64,000 nucleotides of DNA from Coniocarpon cinnabarinum (lineage: Eukaryota): contig JAVECO010000082.1 in assembly GCA_051942205.1 (NCBI GenBank), forward strand, positions 1 to 64,000. Direction: 5' to 3'. Below, one piece after another: positions 49,081-61,441 of this stretch (the stretch's first letter is position 1; every line of letters starts with the position of its first letter). The position numbers and the translations under genes were made by a program. The notes below the pieces were generated by a model. The model made no database searches, was not told the DNA's origin, and saw nothing but the letters and a program-made list of their open reading frames with translations.

Positions 49081-51283
49081 ATGGCCTCGAGGCCGCCTGC
49101 CATCAAGGCTGAGGGCTCAACCCCCATGGGCATGGGCATGGGCATGCCTCAGCCTGTCTCGCTCCAGAAAGACCCCAGATCCCTCCTTCCGACCTTCATC
49201 TACGATTACTTCCTCAAGACTCGACGACCCGACCTGGCCAAGACTGTTCTCGACGCAAACATTGGCGTCCTGCACAAGGACCGCGCCAAGGCCAGTCCCA
49301 GCGGTCGTGATGTCAACGGCATCGCTGATGGCTTGCCCAACGATGAAATATCTCGCCAAATCGAAAAGCTGCCTGTCGCAGATATCGGAGAGTCACTCCC
49401 CACAGAATCATTCTTGCAAGAATGGTTCTCAACTTTCTGGGACATTTGGCAAGCCAGTTCAAAGAAAGGGTACCCTACGCAGCCTGCGGAGCAGTTTCTC
49501 AACAATGCCAATGTGGGTCTCAATCCTTCACCTGTGAAAATCATCTCTAACTGACTACGTCCAATAGCGAATGAGACAGCAGAGTTTGATCATGAACAAC
49601 GCCCGCATGCCTGCTAACCGCGTGATGGGCAACGGCATAACTCCGATGCAAAATCAAGCCATGATGAACAACATGTACGATAATGTGGAGATGCAGTCTA
49701 TGTTGCATATGCGGAAACTGACTCATGTGGCAGTAATCGCCGGAATCCCATGATGCCGCAAAATCAAATGGCGCAGCCAGGTGCTGAAGGTCAACGACCG
49801 CAGTCTCCCATGTCAGGCGACAATCAACCCTCGCCGAAGCGTCAAAGACTCGACGGTGGCTTTCCTCAGCCAATGGGCGCCGCTGGCAACCCTGGCGCAC
49901 CAGGTCAGCCTCCAACCATGCCCAACAACATCGACCCGGCTCAGTTCAGCCTCATGAATGGAATGGGTACGTTCGAGATTCGCGGTGTCGTGGCGTCTCG
50001 CTGACATGACCGTTGCAGGCATGATGGATGCCGAAAATAGGATGGGCAATCCTCAAGGAGGGGCGCTGGCAGATTATCAGATGCAGCTGATGCTGTTAGA
50101 ACAGCAGAACAAACGACGACTGTTGATGGCCCGGCAAGAGCAAGAAGTCGTTTCGGGAACGGGACCGCCTGGCGCCACCCCTCAACCTGCGATGATGACT
50201 CAACAAGGTATGCCATTTAATAATATGCATCCACAAATGGCCGAGCGACGAAACGGCCAATCGCCGAGTCCGAACGATCCTATGAAGAGGAATCCTTCAC
50301 AACTTGGTCAGTCACCACGCCCTGACGGTTTGGCAGCATCACGCGGTTCGCCAGCTCCCGGTGGCATGTTTGATCCAAACGGTGCGCAGCAAGCGCCTAT
50401 GGGTAATCAACAATTCTACAACATGCGACCCAATGGCATCGGACCAGGGGCACCGCAGGGTGGATTTCAAGGACCTAATGGGCCCATGCGGCCTATGGGC
50501 GGCATGCCAGGCCCGCGACCGGGCGCCCCTGGTGGCCAATTCCCTCCCAGCATGCACTTCCCTCAAAATGCCCAGCAACAGCCTCCAAATCCAAACAATC
50601 CAAATGGCAACCCTCAAGTCAATCAACCGGCGGCGGGATCAATGCCTCCACCACCGGGCCCTGCAAATCCGACAGGTAGAACCAATCCACCCTCGCCTGC
50701 TCAAGGCCAGGCGCCGCCGACGCCACGACAAGGCAAAGAAGGAGGACCCAAAAAGAAGGACAGCGCCAAGAAGGATACTGCCAAGGGTAAACAACAACCA
50801 AAGAAAGCTGGTGCGACACCCAGCGGTGACGCTGAGCCTCACCCTCCAACCCCTACACCGTCGACCCCAGTGGATCCGCATCCACCACCGAACCCGCTCA
50901 GCAAGACTCAGCCAAATGGCACGCAGCAACCAACGACTGGACCGAACGGCATGCAAGCACAACCCGGTCAACAGCCAGATGCGATGGCTGGCATGGATCA
51001 ACCGCAGATGGCCGGCATTGGTGGAGTGGGCGACGCAAACGTGAGTCGAACGAGGTTGACTCAAGACGATGCTGTTGCTAATGTCTATCATCAGGCTGAC
51101 AACAATATGGGCGATTTCAACTTCGAGTTTGGCGGACCCACCGGCACGGACGTTCTGGACGGGTTTGATTTCGACTCATTTCTGCAAGTTGACGGCGATG
51201 CCAATGGCTTCGATTTTGCTAATCAAACCTTTGACATGAATGCTGGTATGGGACCGGACTTGGCGGAGAACGCCCACGGATAA
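49081..51283 (+). CDS. SOM1: LisH/LUFS transcriptional regulator Som1/SomA (Flo8-like), 5 exons
   Basis: LisH-like FIYDYFLK; FLQEWFSTFWDIW; ALADYQMQLMLLEQQNKRRLLMARQEQ; C-terminal FDFDSFL. Confidence 0.85.
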
Positions 51284-53020
51284 TGACAGCTATCGGGATA
51301 CTTGCGAGTTTGTCCACGTCGCGGGGTATTGGAGCAAAGTCACTATCTATGTTGGCTCATTGGTATCGCAACTTTCACATATTCATCCGAGCCCACTTTT
51401 GAGAGTGCTCAACAGACGCAATTTCGTATCCATATACACGCCTGCAGTACAACGCTGATGGAATATTATCTGGGAAAAACACCTTCAGCAACGATGCACC
51501 TTTCCAGAGCATTCCATTGCTTGGCTTGGCTATCAAATTAGAAGTTTGCGGCGAGTGGTCCAGCGATGTACAGAGCGTTGGGACACTCTTGATCCGAGAA
51601 AACGCGGCGCTCGTTAAAGGCCGTAGAGTATATTATACCCCAATTGGCGCAGGGAAATCTGCACGGAATCAATCGTTCTCGCCTCACGGCGAAACAGAGA
51701 CGGCCTTCTTGGAGTTTGGGGAATGGTGGATCTACCTAATTCGATTGGTTGGAAACTCCACAAACATCGAGATATATTACTACGTACACAGCTTGACCTC
51801 ACGGGCACGACGATCGTCTTTGGTGTCCATTGGAGAACGGCATCTTGAACATGCAGATATGAACATATCACTGACGTCGGCTGTTTTCTTTTTAATATGC
51901 TTTGGGTGTTTCTGCATGCATCTTTTTTTTATTGTGCATTGTGGTCAATGCCAGTGATGCTCGAACGCTGCATCAACTATGAGTTTGCACTGCTGACCTC
52001 GTCTCCGGTGAAGACCATCAGAAACCTTGCCATACCTTTCCTGATTTGGTCACATGACGTCCATTTACCTTTTTGCAGCGCGCATAGGAGCATGACTGAA
52101 CTTCACACTTGGCTTCCCTGGCTCTGGGCTCATGGTATGTCCATAGCATCCACTGGCTGCTGCTACACTAGTCAGATAGTCATTCCCCTAAGTTGTTCCC
52201 TTACCAACAGTCTCCAGCTCTCTGCAGCAGTGATGAGCAGCATCCACGCCGTGAAAATTATGCCGCTAAAGCGAAGCTTGTCTGATTTTGACAGCTTACC
52301 ATTGCTCAGAGCATCACATTGCAGACTGCGATGCTCCTGAAGCATAATCAGCGTCATGAGCTCCGTGCTTCTGCCCTTTCTGCCCTCTGAAGGGCAGGCA
52401 GCTGTGATTTTTATGATTTGAGCTGAGGATTGAAGAGCTTGCCTATGCTGACCTCATCGATAGTAGATTTGATACGCGCAATCGTCTTTATTTCATCACG
52501 TCAATCTGCCTAGACTATCGTGCAAAGTGAGTGCAGCATTTATCTATTTCACAGGGAATTCTTCTCGAGAATGTATTGGCACATCGCCGACCTACAAGAC
52601 TGTCCAGACGGTTTCACCTTTGAGGTGATTCTGCTCGCATGGCGAACAGCCAATGAACAGCTCAAAATTGTTCCTTCGCTCCTCCATCAATGTCATAAAT
52701 GTTGTTTCAGCACATGTTTGTGGAACATCTTTGCACAGGCATTTACTGCCGAAACTCCAATTGGTAACAATGGTAGAAAGCTTATTCAATTGACATGACA
52801 CAACAATACAGGTGCTATTTCACCTTTTGCCTCTGTCTAACTCATGAAACTTCATCCCGCTCGCACTCGCACTCGCACTGTTCATCGTTCAGTAAACAGT
52901 TCTGGCTTTTCTCTCAACATTCTTGGTCAGCTCCTGAAACTGGAGCTAAATGAACGCGATTTCAAGGCAGGTCGGGCTGTGACCTATCTGTGAACTATGC
53001 TCGAGGTCAGCTCTCACGCA

Positions 53021-54384
53021 ATGGAAGACGATGTAAGTGTACCCCCAACTCCAACCGCCCAGTGCAAAGCTTCTGCCGTGAGAGCACTTCTCGCATAGAA
53101 TACATCCTGAGAAGAGCATCAAGAATCTGCCCCAATGAAGTGGCGAAACAGCATTTTAGTACTGATAGTCACAGCAGGAAGAAGATACCTCATCCGTGGT
53201 GTCATACACCACCTGGCTCGCCCAAAAGCGCAAAGCAGAGCGCGAGAAATCCCAAGAATCTCCTACCCCCACAACAATCAAAGATCCAGTCAGCCTCATA
53301 AACGAGCACTGCTCTAGGAATGGGCAGGCTTCACCGGCGTTTAGCTATGAGCGGTCGGACGCCGGGAGATTCCGCGCGACGCTCGTGCTTTCAGAGGGAA
53401 CATTCAGCGGTGAAGAGTTCAGCGCGAGTCTCAAAGAGGCTCGCAGGCTGGTGTGTCAACGCGCTATCAGTGACTTGAATTTGAGTCTCGGTCGTCCCGT
53501 GAAGGCGAGCAGGACTTCTGTGGTTCAGGACTGTGACGAGGATTTACAGCCGAGTGAGAACGGCAATTGGACATCCACGCTCAACAGTACGGCCGCATCT
53601 CAGTCTTTTGAGTATTTCGACATGACTAATCATCAGATGCAGACGCTGTGCAATATCTCCAGCTCCAACCGCCTCGATACACCGATCTCGGCGATGCCAG
53701 TAATTCTCAATTCTTCACCGTGCGCGTCACGCTCTCGGAATCACTGAATCAAGCGTTCGACTCGCCTCGGGCTTTCACTTCTAAGAGTGTGGCGAAGGCT
53801 GCTGCGGCAAGAGAAGCGGTTACATGGCTGAAGGCGAATAAGTATCTTCCTGAAGAATTCGACGGTTCGCGCGTCAAAAAGGCAAGGAAGGCGAACGCGT
53901 CCACTCACGTTGTTCGAGATGAGGGATCAAACTCGGCAAGCAGCAGCAGTGATGAGAAGATCGAGATGAAGTCGACCAAGGCGAAAACTGCAGACAACGG
54001 GACCGTGTAAGTCTCCCATGACCCTGACACTGGTGTATATCTGGGAGACTAATCAATAACAGAGACACCTCATCGCCTCCCACCCACGCTCATACCTTGG
54101 CACTCTCTCTTAATTTACCTCCACCCCACTACGAAAGCCACTCCAATCCCACCGCTCCCTCCTTCTGGACCGTGACCGCGCACTTTCCCTCCCTTTACAT
54201 TACGCCCTCGTCAGCGCACAAGGGCGGACATCGGCCGTTAGGCAGTGAGATCGCGCGCGTGGAAGGGGTCTTCGGCAGGGAACGAGCGAGACGGGAGTGT
54301 GCGAAGAGAGTAGTTGAGTGGTTGGAGCGTGAGAAAGAGAGGAGAAATGACGTCTTGAGGGGTGGTACAGAGTTGTGGGAGTGA
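53021..54384 (+). CDS. Protein with ~3 dsRNA-binding-motif (dsRBD)-like domains, 4 exons
   Basis: Repeated alpha-beta-beta-beta-alpha-type segments: DPVSLINEHC..KEARRLVCQRAI; WTSTLN..KSVAKAAAAREAV; LNLPPPHY..ERARRECAKRVV. ATG GAA GAC GAT|gtaagt first exon is inferred. Confidence 0.7.
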
Positions 54385-57300
54385 TTTGTGGCGAGGACCC
54401 GTAGATTGTATGGCAGACATTTGCAAAGGGAAAGGAAAGGGGACAGGTGGTTGGATAGGTGAGAGATGAGGGGAGAGACTAGACTCAAGCGCATAGAACA
54501 GGCAGAATGGATGAGCCTTGAAGTTCACGTAAACCCGTCATGTTTCTGTACTGGAAGGAGCAGCTCAGAGGAGGATATTGTGGTGTTGTCACAGGTTACA
54601 TGGCACAGTCGATGCGTCTTCACGTCACCCTCGCAGATCGTAGCGGCTCTAGCCCAGGCAAGACCTCGCACAAAAGAGAATACAAAAGGAAAAAAAAGAA
54701 AGAAAGAATAGAAAGAAAAGGGCCTTACTGGCTTCTGCGTCTCAATTCTCTACGCTTCGAGTTTTCGAAGCGGTCACAAATGTTTCCTCAGAGGTCCATC
54801 CATGGAATGGCTTGCTCAAAGCAAGCTCAAAATCGTAGTGGATGGAGCAGGACGAGGACGGGGACGCCTGAAGTAAATGAACCCTCAAGAACAGATATCT
54901 CAATGGGAAATGCCTTTCTCTTGCTACTGAGTATGACTCTGATCTCTTCTTCCATTATTCATTTCACCCGTTAAAGCCTACAATCTCGGCCCATATCAAG
55001 GCCTACATCAAGCAGCATTGACCTTGCGTAGCTTGGAAATCCAAAACTATGCAACCAGCCCAGGTACTTGGTCTTTTCCTACGCATCTCAGAAGATGCAA
55101 AAGCTGTGCAGAAGGTTCAAATGCAAGTGGTGGGTAAACGTCAGTGCGGTTTATTTCCATGAAAAGTACTTTCATTTCAAGCGTAGATACACTGTCGTGC
55201 TGGAAATGCAGTTAGTGAGCGTCAATGTGTTATGCACAGCTTGGCAGAGGATGGATGGATTTGAATGGGATTCAGAGAGGAGAGGCGAAGAGAGGATAGA
55301 CGAATCGAGAACACTTGGATCGAGAATGGGCGCCTCGAGCACAGTCCCAGGAAAGAGTCAAAAGGACGAGTCGGAAAGGATCAACAGATCAGGAATAGTC
55401 GAAGCCAGCTCTCCGAAAGAAGAGTCCAAAAGAATAGACGGAGAGAATAGACCAAAGGACCAGGCGAAGGATAAATGATTCAAGAGCAGTCCGATGGTCG
55501 CGCGAGGTCGCAGCGGCTCCGGCGGAGACGTAAGAAACGAGGACACGATAGATCATACGGTGTATAGTACCGTAATGTGCCAGGACTATGTGCGCGCCAT
55601 GACCGCTCTTTAGGTAGTGGTAGGACTTTCTAACCGGCCCGGGAGGAAAACAAGAATTCGGGTATTGAAACATAGCCTAAATATCTACGCTTCTTTTCGA
55701 ATGCGTGCAGAGCCCGTCGAGATGGGGATAGTGTTAATTACTAGTTTTTGGAAAAGGCATGGTGGTTCATGCCAATATTCTAATCTTCCTCGCTACGCTC
55801 CGAGCGCTGCGTAAAATGTCATCTGTGTGATTCACGCAGTGTTGGAAATGAATCACTGGTGCAATCCCGTCGATGTCAGGGGATCTGAGCCCGTCTTTAG
55901 TTAAGCACTTAAGCTCTTCTAGAGAGGGTTTGAGTCATTCGACAACGCTACGTTTGCCAGTGTTTCTCCTGAGTACAGATTGATGCAGAAGTTTTGACGT
56001 TAGACGATCCCAAGGAAGTCTGGAACGGCCTGTCGGCAACTGAATGTGGGCACTCGCACTGAAAATGTTTGAACCTGCTAGTATGCCAAAACACTGTGCC
56101 GCAAAGGATGGTGCCGTCACTAAGAGCCAGGCTTAGCAAGCGAATAGTGTTATGGAGCATCCCCATCGAACAGGTGGAACTGGATGGCCGAGATCGTGCA
56201 GACGCAGCGCCTCAGCACTCCATCCGTGATGCAGGTATTCCTTACGCCTATGCTCGCTGAGTTTTGTTAGACGCTGCTAGCGCGAAGACGACATTGATGT
56301 TTGAATAAAAATGCCGACAAGAAGCTTTGGACAACCCTCTTTAAACTAATACTCTCGAAATAATGCATTTTAGTACTCAAGGCAGACCTATACTCTTCCC
56401 GCATAAGCTGATGCTTCTCTTACAATTATACACAACAAGACAGGCCATTGAAGGGTAAAACCCGCCAAATAGGATTTGACGTGAAGTCGAGCGAGTGGAG
56501 CACCCCCCCCTCTCTTTCCTAGTCAAAGGTATGCGGCAGTCCAGTTCTAGTCTGCCACAGTGGCTCCATGATATCGTTTGCTGTGCAATAAGCTAGTGGC
56601 CGTTGTAATGTGATGCACCGGCTCGCTCATGAGATGCCTGCGCTTTCAGGAAAGCGTCTTACACTGCTCTTCTCTAAAGCAGGCCTTGCCCCTTTCTAGA
56701 TAATATTCATACTGCTTGCCACGCTTATGCGCTATCTTCGCGATCGACGTCAATTCGGGTCCTGCGTTGTCTGGGCTGCGAGTCTCCACAATGGAATATT
56801 CTTCGATAGTAGCATCTCTGCATGCGACTCTAACTCAGACCAAGGGACACAACATCATTGGCTGGAAAACGGAAACAAAATGCCGTAAAGCCTTGATCAA
56901 GTCGCGTGTTAACAATCTGGTTGGCACGAGAGTCGAGAGCCATCAGGTACTACGCTGTGTCCTGAAGGGAACGTTGTAATTGTACGGACGGGCGCAGTGA
57001 AGGCGTACGGACCCTCGAGTCGCGCGTTGCACAATGTAACTGAAAGCACCGAGGCGCGCAGTCACGCACACGTTCACGCTGCTGCTGAGAAGAGGATCAA
57101 GCCTGGTGAGGAGAGCGATGTTGGGCCAGACTACTGCCTGAAAGTTGAGACTGCATTGAAAGCCACCACTTGGCTTCCGCGAGTTCAGGCATAGGCAGTT
57201 TAGGAGTCTTATACTATACGCCAATGAACGACAGCCCGCGCAGTCTGCGTTACCGTCATTGGCTGACAATGGACGAAAGGAAACATAGAGGAGCTATATA

Positions 57301-58586
57301 CCTTGTGTGTGCCACCACAGCCAAGCTCGTGTTAGCAAGTGCGCGTTCATCTGTTACACGAAGCGAGCTGAGGTACTCCGTGATTCCGTTGTTGGCGCGG
57401 CATGGAAGGTGCAGAGCAACAGTGCTTCTCAAGTGCTGACACGATGCATACGAGGAGGCCAGTAGCACGTCCGCTGAGGGTGGACAAAGTTCGAAGCGTG
57501 CGAAGTCGTCTGCATAGCTTCAAGAGTGCAGCGAGCGGCCGGGGCAGAACGATAGCAGTCGCAGTGTGGAAAATCCATTGCAGACGGTGAGATAGGACAA
57601 GCCTATAGTGGTGAGTGGCCACTTGTGATATAACAAACCATCACGTAAGCTTAATTTTGACTTCATCGCTTGATGAAACTCCGGGTTTTGCTGTCGTGTA
57701 GGCAACAGCGATCAGGATGGAGCATCAGAGGTCAGCTCGAAGAAGGCAGAGAGCAGTGTTGATGCCGTGGTCATGACTGTAATGGTCCTCAGTTTGTGAA
57801 GAGCTGCATGTAATCGTTGCAGTCTGCGGAAAGGTGCAGCTGAGGTGAGCTCATGCCAGTGGAGGGCGTGCTATCCCCCTCGGCTATCGAAACGAGAACA
57901 ACGCTCCGTGGCTCCGAAGAGACACATGTGCAGAACAGGATTTTCAGGGCTGGCTCTGAAACACCAAACTTGATCCCAGCCGCACGGGCCAACCAAAACA
58001 CAGGCACTGACAGGATCAACAATGACCGCTTATTAGGGCTGGCACATGACGTTCGTATTCTCAGGCACACAAGCTGCACTAGCAGCAGCAGCAGGCGTAA
58101 TGATGACCCCAGTCCGTGAGCGCAGGCTGTTTCAGGACTCTGCCGCAAGCCCCAGAGCGCCCTCCGGCGAACCCGGGAGCATTGCAGCCCACCTTCGCGC
58201 CACTCATCTCAGCAAGCGTCAGACGAAATCCCAGCTCCTCAGCATCAACTCTCGTTGAGACTCCTAACAAGCCGTTGCAGGGCTGGCGTGATCCAAGGAC
58301 GCATGGCGTGGGAGAGGTGGCCGTGGACAGCATTCTCGACCCTACGCGAGGCCTTCCTCCAGAGGGGGCGAGATCCTTGCGCGCCATGATCTGTTCGAAT
58401 GCGGATTGTATCCTCCACGTTACAAGGTGTCCTCGCGGCTCCAGGCTTTTTGCCACATTTGCTCGACTGGATTTCATTCCTCGACCCTGGATGCTTGCTC
58501 GAGACTATTAAAGAGGAGTGCAGCATCCTCCGAATTTGCTTGCGAGATGCAAGCCTTTCCCCCCAAAGTATAAATAGATCTCAAAG

Positions 58587-59661
58587 ATGTCTGCCAATGG
58601 TGTGGCCAAGCTTGGCCTATTTGACATTTTGCCGCAGGACGACAAGGCAGTCCTGAAAGCTGGCAAGCCTCGACTTCACTCTCGCTCGGAGTTGCCGGCC
58701 TGGTGCACTGAGAACGACTGCATCATAGATGTAGGTTCCCATCTTCTAGGCAGAGGTGTTAAGCTGGCATAGTTGTCGAGCGTGTGCCGTGACATCCCCC
58801 GAAGCCTGTGGTTGACTAGTCTGTGTCAGGGATACCGGCCTGTGACGCTCGATGCAGCGAGCTGTCTGTCAAGTTGGCAATATCTTCATAATGAGACGGT
58901 TAACATATTCACCCATCTCATTCCTGGTGTCTTAGCCATCGTGATTGGGATCCGCGGATACCAGCATCACTTTGATGAGCAGTACCCGCAAGCTTCTGGG
59001 CGCGACAGATCGATGTTCGGGTTCTACTTCTTCACCGTAGCCACATGCATGCTACTGTCAGTGTCGTTCCATACCTTGACGAATCACAACCGATTGCACG
59101 AGCATGCATGCAAAATGGACTACGTGGGTATCATCACCCTCGCTTTGGGTGACTTCATCTCGGGTTGTTACGTCGCATTCTACTGCCAACCCGCGCTCCA
59201 GAAGTTATACTGTAGTCTTGTGAGTAATCTTTAGTCCTTTCCCAAAGAAGCATTATTAAGTGAGTGACCAGTTCTGCGGTCTAGGCATTCTGGTTGGGCT
59301 CGTGGTGCTCACTCCGTGGTTTGCTTCCAAGGAATGGAGAACTTTCCGTCTACTCACTTTCATGGCACCGGGCTTCGTTGCAATAGTGCCCATCCTGCAC
59401 GTGCATAAGCTCCACGCTCCCGATGAGATTGCGGCCAGAACAGGCGTATATTTCTTCGCGGCTGAAGGAATAACACTAGCAGTTGGCTCACTCATCTACG
59501 GAACGAGATTTCCAGAAGCTTGGAGACCGGGGCACTACGATATCCTGGGAGCTTCGCATCAAATATTCCACGTGTGCGTTGTCATAGCCACAGGGCTGCA
59601 CGTTCTCGGCATTCGTACGGCATTTGAGGACAATTATCAAAGGGGCCGTTGCTTTGCATAG
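58587..59661 (+). CDS. PAQR/haemolysin-III family 7-TM protein (IZH/mPR-like), 3 exons
   Basis: Motifs HNETVNIFTH, SVSFH, MDYVGI and RFPEAWRPGHYDILGASHQIFH. Confidence 0.92.
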
Positions 59662-59736
59662 CCACTCGAACGTTGGTCCTACAGCCCAAGGTGTTCTGAT
59701 ATCTCTTGAAAAGAGCTCAGGATTGCGTAGGTTGTA

Positions 59737-61099
59737 CTAAAGATATATTCTCATGGCTTCGTTTGGATGGCTTTCTTGAGGACAGTAAGGACATTTGAAC
59801 TTTTGTCCTTTGCTCATGCTGTCAAGACTTTCCTTGGCAATCACGTGGCCACAAGGCAGCATCATTGGCGGATTGTGGTCTGTTGCCTGCTCTTTACTGA
59901 CTGGGCATACAAAGACGCTGTGGAAGCTGTACGCCGGTGGCAATGTAACTTCAACGGGCAGCTCGGCCGTGGTTGTCCAGCTGGTCTGATGCTTCGATTT
60001 GATCTGGTCATATTTCTGAAGAGTTGGGAGAGCAATGCATCCGGCAGTTATGGCTGTAAGTAAGGGAGAGGCACTGGATAGACTAAGAAGAGCACAGAAC
60101 TCAGACGTGAAAGCGGCCGCTGCCGCAGCTGCGGTGTTGAATTCTGACGCTGCAGAAAAAATCTGAGCATATGGCGAGCGCTCCAAATTAGCGGCGTAAG
60201 GTACTGCACCAAGCAATTGACGTATTTGGGTTTGGTATCTGCTGTTGAAATGTGGAAACGCGTTTCGGGCATACGTCAGCGCTGCGTCCCGTCCTTCACC
60301 AGGTCGGTCGGAAGTGAATAGCGCGATGTATTGAAGTCGGCAAAGCTCAAATTCGAGGTTGCTTCCCCGGGCATCGAGGACTTCGCTGTGAAGATGGGCC
60401 CAATTGATGGCAGGTAGAAGGTTTCTATTCTCTCGTAGCTCACGTAGAATGCTATACATCTCACCAAATTGCTCCTGGAGGGGCGAGGCCTTGAAAGCAC
60501 TGGGGGAGAAGTCGTTGATCCATGAAGAGTCGTGACTGATTCGGCCCTCCTGATGAGTATTCGCGGCATCATTGGGCTGATCAAGATCCATCGCGTTCGT
60601 CTTATCCGTTGGCTGAACTGGTGCTGGACCATGAGCGTTGGCTTCTGCAATGAATGTGGATGCAACATCGAAAAGGCCTTCACGCAGAAGATGCATCGCA
60701 ATGGCACGATTAATCATCGATACCTGTGACGACACCGCATTCTCTTCTGCGAATGGCAGAGGCGTTTCCTTGAACTTTTCCTTGACGACCTTCTGGTATT
60801 TGTTCAGACCACCATGAATATCCTTAAGCTTTGCATAAGCGCTATCAAATGATTTCGTTGCAGGTTGTTGCGCCTTCGATAATACTGCAGGCGCTTGCGT
60901 GGGGTCTGTGAGAGCACTATTAGTAAATACAGGCCTCATGGCGTCTCATACGTGTCTACAGCTTGATACAAAACATACTACTTTCTACCGCGGACCGAAC
61001 CTCCTTGAGCTGATCAATGACATTTTCGATGTCTTCAACAGTTCCCGCAAGAGTCGCCCTGTTCCCCAACTTCTCGAGCTCCTTGGCTAGAGGCTCCAT
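59737..61099 (-). CDS. RMD5: GID/CTLH complex RING subunit Rmd5 (Gid2), 2 exons
   Basis: LisH AIAMHLLREG; CTLH; degenerate RING FHSVFVCPVSKEQ..PPMMLPCGHV..KCPYCP. Confidence 0.92.
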
Positions 61100-61441
61100 G
61101 ATAAGCTTCGGCCGTACAATATCCCCTAGGTCTGGTTCGAGAATTCAAGGTAACATCTTCCGCTCTCTAAGTCGGCCCTTGTTTGGTGATAAGGGGCCGG
61201 AAATTGTCAGAGAGCCTTTCTCAGTTCGAGACGCTGGCGTACATGGTTGTTCAACCCGATACGCAGCCTTGGTGATACGACTGTGCATCGATATGACATC
61301 AAAAGCAGACGCCCGGAGTTTGCGGCCTTAGCTTGTAGGCCACTGGCTCACACAAGATTTCTATGAAGTACAAGTAGACAACTCAAGCCGCTATTCAACC
61401 ACTGGTTAGAAGCCGTCGCTGTATTTGCAGGGCTTCAAGTA

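Noticed and set aside
51300..52980. Possible gene between SOM1 and the dsRBD gene
   Set aside because: Only short ORFs on either strand, with no consistent splice model or motif.
55540..55930. 5S rRNA/tRNA-like fragments (GATCATACGG, TAGTGGTAGGA, CCCGTC..TTAAGC)
   Set aside because: Only short scattered matches; no cloverleaf, T-loop or contiguous ~120-nt 5S alignment.
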